Source: Candidatus Obscuribacteraceae bacterium (GTDB lineage Bacteria > Cyanobacteriota > Vampirovibrionia > Obscuribacterales > Obscuribacteraceae). From it: 64,000 nucleotides of DNA. Made by a program: the position numbers and the translations under genes. Below the pieces are notes generated by a model. That model worked only from the letters and a program-made list of their open reading frames with translations. It searched no databases and was not told where the DNA came from. This document shows positions 1 through 12,000 of the stretch, piece by piece; position 1 is the first letter of the stretch, and each line of letters opens with the position of its first letter. The stretch is from positions 480,001 through 544,000 of the forward strand of contig JBGAHS010000008.1 in assembly GCA_044226015.1 (NCBI GenBank). Reading direction: 5' to 3'.

Positions 1-3000
1 GATAGGTCCTACAGGGCTTCCTGAAATCTGAATATTGCCACCGTTACCGGCCACTGTAGCATTAGCAGTGAGACCACCATTAACGACGATTGTACTGCCA
101 GAGGATGTGAAAGTGATGTCGCCACCACCGGTAGGTCCAGAAACATCGAGCACACCATTGACGGTTAGAGCCCCAGAGCCGGTTTGCAACACAACCTTAG
201 CGCCCACACCGACAGGTCCCTGAGGAGCAAGATCGAACCCGCTAGCGTTGACAGTAATAGCTTTGGCTACTGTTACAACAAGCGCTCCACCATTGCCACC
301 ATTTGGTCCGCTGATAGCAACCGGGTGGAATTGTCCGCTGGCAGAACCGATATTCAAAGAACCATTAGAGGTGAACTTAATAGTGCCACCCGCGCCCACA
401 CCAGCTCCACTAGCGAATGCGGTGAAAGGCGACGTAGCAGGGAATGCAACAGTGCCAATGTTTATATCAATCAAGCCACCATTGAACACACCGTTGGGCA
501 GAACTGATGATGCATTGCTTGATGCGCTGGCTGAAATCGATGGCGTATTCAGAGTGACGGCAGAGCTGCTTCCGGCAATCGAAATGCTGCCTCCATTTCC
601 ACCGTTTGCGCCCCCATCAGCCGAGACAGAACCTCCAAGCAAAAATGTTGGATTTGCCGTGCTAGAAGTGGGGTTAATCGAAATACTTATCGACCCACCA
701 TTTCCGAACGTCGAGCCGGGCGATACAGCAGAACTTCCATTGGCTAGTAAATTACCCAAGATGATGGCTGTGCCATTGGCGATGAGATTGATTTTTCCGC
801 CATCACCAGAATTGCCAGTGTTACCGGAAGCACTTGCATCAAGGTTTGCATTTATTTGCAATAAAGAAGGATTCGCTGACCCGGTGTCTGTCCCGGAGAT
901 TAAAGTTATATTGGCGCCATCTCCCCCTGCTGCATTTGGTCCTGTTTGCAAATTGTTGACGATCAAATTTGAACCAGCAGAGACAACTATATTTCCAGCT
1001 TGACCTAGATTGTTGATACTCAGTTGTCCGGGCAAGACACCTAGAGTTACGCCGGAGAGAGCTGTTTTGACAGTTACGTTGCCTCCAAAGCCTGCATTGG
1101 TGCCAGCAGCCATAAGCGACGCCGCTGCTGGACCACTGATGGACAGCGTGCTGCTCTGCAGAGTGATGCTGCCACCATCCCAATCTTGAGCGCCGGCGGC
1201 ATTGGCATTGATAGCTCCGTTCAGTCGGATGGCGCCACTATCGCTGACCAGGCTGATGGAACCTCCATGTCCTTGTGTCGCAGTCGACATGAGCAAGGCA
1301 GTTCCATCGAGTACGATGTCACCAGCTAGTCCGCTATTCGTGATACTGATGACTTGCGCGCCCTCAGGCAATGCCTGACCAATGACAGTGCTGCCACCAT
1401 TGGCGCTTATGTTGCCCTTCACACCATTAGTCGGTGAGGCAGTCGTTGTGATAGTGAATGCGGATGAGACATTCGACTTCAGAATGATCGAGCCACCATA
1501 TCCAGAACCTACGCCATCAGCATTAATGTTTCCAGTGACTTGTAGGCGTCCGGTTCCGGAGCTTCCAGCAATTAATGACAGATTGCCGCCATTACCATTG
1601 CTAGTGCCATTAGTTGTCGGATTGAACAACAACGCTGACATATCAACGATGATGTTGCCTCCGGTAGTCAGTGAGACTGTACCACCATTGGCTGCAGCAG
1701 CTAGTGGATCATTGCCGGCCACAGCGGAAATAGATGTCTGTCCAGGATTACTACCTATATTTAGATTGGATCCCGAAACACTTCCAGCATTGATAGTGAC
1801 CGACCCGCCGGAGCCCTCACCGGCGCCATTGGCGCTGAAGGATGTGTGTCCAGCCGGAGTCAGGTAATTTGTGCCTTTTCCGGTGATTGTTATTTGACCA
1901 CCTTCAACCACTCCAGTGCCACCAGCATTCGCTGAAATGGATCCAAATACAGGGTCGGCAGAGCCGAAGGAGAGAATGCCGTTGCCTGCTAGAGTGACAT
2001 CGCCACCATCACCTTGAGCAGCCGAGGCGCTGATGGCAGCATCATTGAAAGTGAACCCGCCCACACCCTGGTTCTTGATAGTGATAGTTCCAGCATTGCC
2101 AGCAACGCCACCACCATTAACAGCCAAAGCAACGTTGCCCGGACCGGAGACACCCGTGACACCATTTACGGTAGCACCAGCTCCGAATACAAAATTCTGA
2201 GAGGAATTTTCCAGAATATTGATGCTACCACCTGTGCCAGTACCATTGATTGCACCAGACAAATCGAGTGTGCCTTGTATAAACACATTACCGACACCAC
2301 CAGCATTGCCGGCTGTCAAATCTAGTTGCCCGCCATTTCCATTGCCATTTGCGCTGGATAGAAGCTGAAGCTGAGCCGCAGATATAGTTATACTTCCAGG
2401 CACTACAACTTTGAAATGACCACCGCTTCCGCCATTGCTTCCACCGTTTGCACTAACCGAAACAGCGTCAGTTTGAGAAGCTACCGTTAACGAGCCTGAA
2501 CCACCCGTGGCAGTAATACTGATGTCTCCGCCATCTCCAAGATCCGCTCCATTAGCTGTAAGCGTTGTAGAACTCGTCCCTAGACCTGTTAATTGAGTGC
2601 TGGCGCCCGACAGCTCTATGCTGCCACCCTTGAAGCTGTTTGGACCGCCTCCGCTGACATCGATGGAACCACCATTGAATGTCATGGCACCGGTCGAGCT
2701 CGTGATGCGAACAACACCGCCATTGCCGCCGGTCGGACCGCCTGCTGCCACAGCGCTAATGACTCCCATTCCAGGAGCATTGGAGAAGAATCCGAACCCA
2801 CCGCTGCCGGTGTTGTTAACTGTGATGGTGCCGCCGTCGCCGATGCCACCACCTCCATTCGCGGAGACTACGCCAGTGACGCCATTGATTGAGCTGCCGT
2901 TCTGTCCAAACAGGAAGCTGCTCAGACTGGTAGACACGATAGTGATAACGCCGCCGGCACCAGTGCCAGCATCGGCGGTAAGATTACCGTTGACAAACAC

Positions 3001-6000
3001 GTTATTGCCACCAGTCATATTAATGAATCCGGCTATGCCGCTACCGACACCGCTTGCATCAAGGTCGCCCAGGACATTGATGCCTGCATTACAGTTCTGC
3101 GAACCTCCGACAAGAGTCAATTGAGCACCAGCACCGCTGAGTGATGTCGGGTGGGCTAACAAACCTGGAACTAAGAGGTCGCTGTTGTCTATGTCTAACT
3201 TGTCACCAACACTTATATTAACGACTCCACCGTCGCCAAAACTGCCACCGCCAGTAGCCTGAACCGAAACCTTACCGTCACCCTTACCAAGGAAGAGGGT
3301 GTAATCATTCGGCGTGGTCGAACCTGGAGGGAAGCCTGAGTAGGTACTCGACATTCTGACAGTACCACCGTCTCCACCACCTGCGCTTCCCGATGCATTT
3401 ACTATCAGCGTTCCAGCACCTGCAGAACCTATCTGATTAAAGGATAGAGCACGAATGATGATTGAACCACCATCTGCAGTGTTATCCGTACCAGAAGCAT
3501 CAATGCTGCCACCGGCTACGTTGAAGGCTCCTCCGACTGTAGTTAGTGTGATCGAGCCACCAGAGCCGCCCTTTCCACCACCAGAGGCTCCGCCAGAGGC
3601 GTCGATGCTTCCACCGTTCATGCTGATGCCACCATCGAGTGGATCAGTCGAAACTCCGATATTGCTAACGTTGATGATACCGCCGATGCCACCATCACCG
3701 ATTGAAGGCGTTCCACCTTTTGCAGAAATAGGTCCTTGAATAAAATTAGTGCCAGAATTCGCGCCAATCTTTAGTGCATCGGTGCTGTTTACAGATATAT
3801 TGATCGAACCACCAGCACCACCTATAGTGCCGCTGCTTCCGCCCTCCGCGAGAATTTGAGTCTGGGCTTTGATATTTCCAGAATTCTGAGATGTTCCAGC
3901 AGTCATCTGTATAGTTCCGCCGGCGCCATTGCCAGCCCCTGAGGCATCTACACTAGCGCTTGCGCCTACACTGAGGTCGCCGTTAGCGAAGGTGCCGGAC
4001 AGGAGAACAAGGTTACCGCCATTACCGTTGCCTCCAGAATTGGGGCTAACGTTGAGACAGCCAGTGCATGTGGTGACCCCTATGTTGAGGTCTGTACCAG
4101 CCGCAACAGAGATTGTTCCTCCGTTGCCATCGCCAGCGCCAAGAGCATTTATTGTAGTGCCTGCATCAGATATATTGATGGCGCCTTGTGTTGCCGTAAA
4201 AATGACGGTGCCACCATTACCATCACCGGCACCATTGGCGAAAAGTCCTAATATATTATTGCTAATCGTTTGCGCATTGATGCTGATGTTACCGCCATTT
4301 ACTTGACCGACACCAGCGGCACTGACGTCCAAGGTCATACCTGAGGCGAAGCTTATTGCACCATTTGCATTAGAGATGGAAACATTTCCACCAGCTCCTT
4401 GAGCAGGTGTAACCGCTACAACCGAGCCTGCATCAAACGACATGTCTGCTGTACCAGCATTGATGATGTTGACGACACCGCCATCACCTGATGTGCTACC
4501 GCCAGTAGATTTGATGATTCCCTTCACCCCTGATGTGCTGGCAGAAGCACCCACGGTGAACACAGTCGGTGCATTGCTGTTGAAGCTGAGCAAAATCTGG
4601 CCGCCATTGCCGACGCTGCCAGCAGACGCATCAATATTGCCTCCCACGAACAGACCATTCGCGGACACGAGAGAGACAGCCCCTCCATCTCCTGTTCCAA
4701 TGCCAGTGACGTCCAGAGCCCCAGCTACATCTATTGAACCGGTACCGTTAGATGTCAGAGCAATATTTCCGCCATTTCCATTTAAGCTTGCAGCTACATT
4801 CAGGAATGAACTATCAGTGACATTAACGTTACGACCCGAAGTAACAGTGATAGAACCACCAGAACCTGACAATTGCTCACTGGCATCTAGACTGAAGCCT
4901 GCAGCACCAATCAACACATCACTGCTACTCGACAAACTCAGCACGCTAATGTTGCCGCCGCCGCCGCCAGAACCTTGAGCAGTGATGGGAGAAAAAGAGA
5001 GCACAGAAAAGTCATTAGCAGTAAGGTTTATGATGCCACCACCAAAGGTACCAACGCCAAATGCATCTGCATTTATGTTCGTATTGCCGAGGAACAGCGT
5101 TCCTTGAGAAGCGTCAATGGTGATAATTCCACCGTTACCGCTACCAGCAAAGAAAGCTGATGCGCTAATGTTCGTTTGTACGGCATTGAAACCACTACCG
5201 ACGGTAATCGAAATCGCCCCACCATTACCACTAATAGAGCCACCATTAGCAACTACATTTGTAAAACTAGGCAAGATCACATTGCTGGCCGCGACCAGCG
5301 TGATTGTTCCACCAGAGCCACTGTCTCCACCATTGGCAGAGAGTCCGCCCGAGAATAGCTGGATATCACCAGCAGTCTTACCTGCAAGAAGTGTTATGGT
5401 TCCGCCATTGCCTGCCCCCACTCCATCAGCAGATGGAGGAGCATCCAACAATATGTTTCCGACCCCATTGGTTCCTGCGGTGAGAGACAGGATGCCACCA
5501 CTTCCGTTGATTCCCTGCGGACTGAGCGTGATGCAGTTGACACAAGACGAACCATTGATGTCACTTCCGGATGAAGCGATGAACGTACCGCCATCACCAG
5601 CCACGCTTCCTGCGCTGCCACCGGTAGCACTGACGCTGAAGCCCGAACTGGTGTCCAAAAAGATAGGAGATAAGGAAGAAGTGAGTGAAACAGAGCCACC
5701 ATTTCCGAAGCCAACAGCGTTTGCTTTGAGCACAACGGCAGAGCCAGAATTATCGAGTGTTGTCCCTGAAATACTGATCGATCCACCATCGTAGCTGACG
5801 TTAGTGCCAGTAGCACTGACATCGATGGTACCAGCTGCGCTGAAGTCTACGGCTCCGCCGTTCGTGATGCTGACTGTGCCACCGGCTCCGCCCGCTGATG
5901 CGCTTGATGCCTTGGCTTGAACCGTATTAGGAATAATAGAGAAAGGTTGGGTTCCGGCATTGGATATCGTTATGACACCACCAGAGCCACCATCTCCGAC

Positions 6001-9000
6001 TGGGTTTGTACCGCCATTTACCGAAACTCCAGTAAGAATACCGCTTAAGCCGCCCCCTCCGATGACAAACTGTGTCGCTGAATTACTATTCAAGCTTACG
6101 TTAACTGTGCCTCCGTTTCCGGACTCTGAGTTAGCAGTAATTCCAGCAACAAGCAGATCGGCAGTAGAGGACAGATTGACCAGACCACCATCGCCCTTGC
6201 CTTTGCCGCTGGCATCGAGAGACTGGACTATAAATAGTGAAGCAGGAGTTGCTGTTCCTGCGGTCAAGCTTATTGTGCCTCCACGTCCTTCAACGGAGGT
6301 CTTGACGCTGACGCTGTTGGCCACATTTATTTGATCACCATTGGAGACAACAATAGAACCACCATCTCCACCGGCACTGCCACCATCAGCGATGAGCTCG
6401 AAATCGTTAGCCGCTGTCGTTCCATCTCCGATATTCATGATGATGCCGGCATCAGTAGCGTTAATTTCGATACTGCCCCCCTTACCGGTACCAGAGCCAC
6501 TGGCGTTAAAAATAACCGGATTGTTTGGAGCCGCACTTATAGCGAAGTTTTTCGCGTTGATCTTTATGCTGCCACCATCGTATTGGTCTCCGCTTCCAGA
6601 TGCGGCTGCGGATATCAGATATGAACCTGGTCCTGCACTATTGTCGATGAATACAGCCCCTGAGCTGGCAGACAGTTCTATGGTGCCACCGTTGCCGCCA
6701 CCGCTGGATGACACATCCAGACCAGCAGAACTGTCAATTGTAATGCCACCAGGATTAGCAAGAGCAATGCTGCCACCATCACGTGGAAGGCCGGGAGCCC
6801 CTTGCCCTTTCGCTTGAAGCAGTCCAGTGAGTCCATTTGCAGACACCACATTTGTGGACACAACAAAGGGAACGCCTCCAACAACGTTGAGGAATACAGA
6901 GCCACCACTTCCGAGTTGATTACCTGCGTTAGCGCTTATGTTTCCTACTATAGATACGCCCTTGCCAGAGTCACTTATCGTTACAGAGCCACCATCTCCA
7001 AAGCCTACACCACTCACATCAAGGTTCACAGGATTGAGGGAAGTTCCCACTGATTCGACAGTGAGCTGGTATGTGCCACCACTACCATTAAGCCCCAAAG
7101 GACCATTAGCAATGCCACCAGCAGTGATGCTCAGCGCAGAACCTACATTAACGATAATCTTTCCCCCGTCGCCAAAGACAGAGTTTGTGCTGCCTCCAGT
7201 AGCGGTCATAGTCAGTCCCCCTGGACCAACGGCGATAGGCTGAGCAGAGCTTCCTAGCGCAGTGGAAACGAGGCTTATGCTGCCACCGTTGCCCCCAGAT
7301 GTGCCCGCAGCAATGAGATCGAGCACCGTCGAGCCGCTAGAGAGTGTGTTTAAGGATATAAAGCTTATACTACCACCACTGGTATCACCTACTCCCACCG
7401 AGTTTTGATAGCCAATACCACCTGCTGCGCCGGACGCAGACACGGTGCCGCCACTAGCGCTAATGTCTCCTGCTGTGGCCCTGATTTCTATGCTGCCGCC
7501 ACCGCCGAACATGCGGGGCAAATTCCCATTGGTCGACGTGTTGAGAGCGAATGTCGCTCCTCCATCGGCCTGCAACAATGCTCCTGCAACAAAATTGATT
7601 CCCCCAATGCCATCATTGACAATAGAAATCTTACCGCCACTAGGGTTGTTACCAAATCCACCTATATCTGAACCGTTAGCGATAATGCTACCGGAAATGC
7701 CATTGCCACCAGAATTGTCTCCCACGAAAAACGGAAGTTGGCTGTTCATGTGCAGGTTAACAGTACCGCCAGCACCACTGAATTTATCAGTAGAAGCAAG
7801 GGATACAAAGGGACCATTGGCAAGTATGTCTCCAAAAATCTGGATATTGCCTGCACCACCTGTGCCTGCGCGAAGGTCAACGACTCCACCTGTGCCTGCA
7901 GGTGTGGTGAGAATATGATTAACACTCAATCCACTGAAGCCCGCGAATGAGCCATTTGTGTCTATGTTGAAGGTCCCAAATGTAGCTACAATATTCTGCC
8001 CGGAGCTGACACCAATATTTCCATCAATATAGAGGTTTGAGACCTGAACACCATTTGCAAATGGTGTTCCCAAGTACAGAGTACTGCCGGGAGAGGTCGA
8101 GACAATTGAAGTTCCAGCTTGCGAAATCGGAAAGGTTCTAAATGTGTAAGGTATTCCAAGAAAGGTCACCGGAATAGGCACTACCGATATAGTATTGCCC
8201 TTTATAGAGATAACACCAGATGGACTTCCCGGCGCCGACAAACCAGAAACGATTTCAAATAGAGGGTCGAAATGAGGGGTAAGTTGAATTGGTCCGGCTG
8301 CTGAGTCCAGTGTAAGATTGGAGCCTTCTTTTCCATTCAAGAATATCTGTGAAGGATCGCCAATAATAATGCCACCAGTGCCGGAATTGGAAATGGTCAA
8401 GTTACCGGCACTGCCCGAAACATCTAAAGAACCTGTTATTCCATTTACCGTAGCGGAACTATCTTGATTAAACGGAGAAGAGCTTGAGGAACTGATTGAA
8501 ATGGCAGCGGCGATGCCTTTGGTATTGATGCTTCCCTGTACATACACATTATGAGGGGAAGATAGGCTGACACTTCCACCGGCCACTCCTCCGGTGAGAA
8601 TTATGTCCCCGTTTACAGTTGTCGAACCAGCGTTATGGGAAACAGCATCAAGAGTACCGCCAACTTTGTTTCCGCTGGCATTAGATATCAAAAGTGAACT
8701 CATATCCAGAGTGACGGCACCGCCAACATCAATTGACACCTGCCCACCGTCAGTCCCGATATTAAAATTGTGAATATCAACAACAAATTGAGCGTTATTA
8801 GCTACAGTGCCAGTTCCAACATAAATATCATTTGTTGCATCGGTACTCTTGACCTTGAATGATCCCCCCGAGCCGGCAGAGAGAGCCAGGAGGGTTAACG
8901 GCCTCGGTCCCTGAGTCACAACAGACTTGCCTGTAAACGAAAAAGAACCACCGAGGCTAGCCTTGCTTGTATTAGAGCTGGCATCTATCGTGTTGTTTGT

Positions 9001-12000
9001 TTTGTCAGTTATGAGAGTCACAATGCCATTGGCTCCGGCATCGAAGGTTAGCTGACCCCCATTGCCCAGCGCGTTAGTCGGAGCATTAGTTCCTCCCTTG
9101 AGAGCCAGCGCCGCTGTACTCCATAGAGTGATACCACCACCTCCAGGAGAAAGGTTGTTCACCGTAATGGTGCCTCCACCGCCACTGGCACCACCATTTG
9201 CCAACAGAGAGCCCGTGACACCGTTAGAGGTGCTAGATAGACCAACGTCAAATATGGTGTTACTGCTGTTCTCTTGCAGCAATATGTCACCGCCATCACC
9301 ATCACCGACAGCACTGGCGTCGAGTGAACCAATCACGAGCAATTGACCCTGACCATTTCCAAGGCTGAGTGATATGTCGCCACCTCCACCGTTGGCTCCT
9401 TTAGGGGTGACATCCAGCCCTGCTGCGTCAACGGTGAGGTTTCCCTCAGCTCTCACGGTGACTGAACCGCCATCGCCTTCAGCACTGCCCGAATGACCAC
9501 CACCAGCCAGAAGGCGGAACTGGACGGCCTGGGTTCCCAGAGCAATTGCATTTGCTTCACTGTAAATGTCTATAGAACCACCATTGGCTTTGTCACCAAC
9601 GCTTGAACCACTGGCATCAAGAGTGACCGGAATTACGCCCCCGAGAGTGACTGTAAAGCCCTTAATTTGTATTGTTCCACCGCTCGAATCATCGGTTGAA
9701 CCAGCCCCCCCATGGCCAGCAACACTAATCGTGCCGCCTTCAATGTGGATGTCGCCGCTATCTGCCTTCAAAGATAACGAGCCACCAGTAGAACCCTTTC
9801 CAGAAGAAGAACCAGAAAAATCAAACAAGCCAGGAGTCGCAATGTAAATTCCACCCTGCTTGTTTTTTATGCTGACGCTACCGCTAGCCTTACCTCCAGT
9901 GCTTCCAGCTTGCACGGACATGACTCCAGTTATGCCGCTGCTATTAGCATTTGTGTCAACCCGGAATGAGACCGGACTGTTAGTATCGATGCTGATCGTG
10001 CCACCAGCACCAGCCCCCTTGCCATTCGCATCGAGTCCGCCCTGCACGAACAAGGTGCCAGCTGCATCCTCGGTACCAGCAGCTAGAGTGATGGAGGCAC
10101 CATCACCATCTACGAAAGTGCTGGTGTGAAGATAATTGGAGTCAACATTGAGGTCCTTACCGCTCTTGATCACAACGGATGCACCAGTTCCACCCGCAAT
10201 TCCCGTGTTGGCTGTAATTTGCAGACTGCCTGCCTGACTGCCTATGTTAAGGTCCTGGGTTTGTGACTTTTGCTCAATACTTATTTTGCCTGCATCGGCA
10301 ACATTACTCGTAGCAGTCGTAGAGCCGTTTGCCACCAGACTTAGCGGCAACACTCCAAGCACCTGAATGTAGTCAGCGCTGAGGTTGACAGACCCTCCCT
10401 TGCCATCAGAGCCAGAACCACTAACGTCTAACTGTCCACCCTGCGAGAAACTCAACAAACCATCGGTTTTGAAAGTAACGACTCCGCCATCGCCTTTGTT
10501 AGCCCCCGCACTCACGGAAACCTGTGAAAGTTGAGAAATGGTCAGCCCGCCCTTTCCAGCAATGAACTCAACTGTTCCTCCGTTGCCGTCAACGCCTCCG
10601 TTGGAGGAGACGAGCCCCCTAACACCATTGGTAGTGGCAGTCAACCCAGCAACAAACGGAACTGTATCACTGTGGCTGCTAATAGATACTTTCTGCCCTT
10701 TCCCTTTACCGGCGGCGTCCGCGACGATCGAACCCGACACGTACACCGTACTGCCCTCGATCGTCACAATACCTCCGTCACCATCTCCGGTGGCAGCCGC
10801 ACTGGCGTCAATGTTACCATTCAGAACTACCGGACCAGCAGGCGACTTCATTGTGAATCGTCCACCAGCACCAGATCCAGGATCAAGGTCAAACACTGAT
10901 GTACTTGCAACAAATATTCCACCAGCATTCTTATTGTTATTCGTAATCGATATCGAACCCGCTCCAGTAGCTGCAGCTCCTGCGGCGCCTCGTACAGAGA
11001 TGGAACCGGCAACGCCAGTGCCTACAGCGCCGGCTCCGACCCGGAATACGCCAGTGTCGCCGACGATAATATCTACGGTACCGCCAGCTGCCGTATTTAG
11101 CGGGTCGGTACCTGCGGAGGCATTGATTGACCCCCCAACGTACAAGCTTCCAGCCAGGTTAGTTTGGAATGAGCCACCACTTCCAGTGCCATTGGAGTCG
11201 CTGACATCGACTGACCCGTTAATAATAGACTTTCCACTTTCATTATTGTTGGTCAGGCTGACTCCGCCACCTGAGAAAGTTCCTGCGCCGACAGCTGAAA
11301 TTCCACCTGCAACAGTGATATTCTGCCCGGTCAGATTTACAGCTCCACCACTGCCAGAGATAGAAGCATCGACGTTCAGGGCACCTACTACATTCAGATT
11401 TCCTTTTGTAGCCACGAAATTCAACTTGGCACCAGCACCAGATGCTGTAGCTTGCGGGTTTGCAACTATGGCTGCTGGATCTACTGTGAGATCGTTGCCG
11501 GCTGTGAGCGTCACGTTGCCACCATCAGCGATGGTTCCACTGGGTCCGCCCGTCGCATTGATGATTAAACCACCCACCTGATCAGCGACAATGAGATTGG
11601 ATTTCGTGCCAGTGGTCACAAGATTGATTACACCACCCCTGCCACTTGCTCCAGTGGCGCTAGCTTCGATATTCAGAGGATAGGCTCCAACAATTCGAAG
11701 CGCGGAACCTCCTAGCGTGACGGTTCCCCCGGTTACGGCACCGGAGGTAAAAAAGTACTTGTTCGTCAGGGTGGTCGGAACTTCGACTCTGCCCTCAGGC
11801 GCCTGTAGTTCTACAAGACCGCCTTCTCCCCCATTGCCACGCACATCGATAGAACCACCCGTTCCATCAGATATACTCAGGGACTGCACAATCACGTCGG
11901 CGCCCGAGTTGATAATGTGCACTCCACCCGCATTACCTTTGGCTCCCCCACCTATAGCCTGTACAACAGTTCCAGAGCCCGTGAATCCATTCACCGTCGC

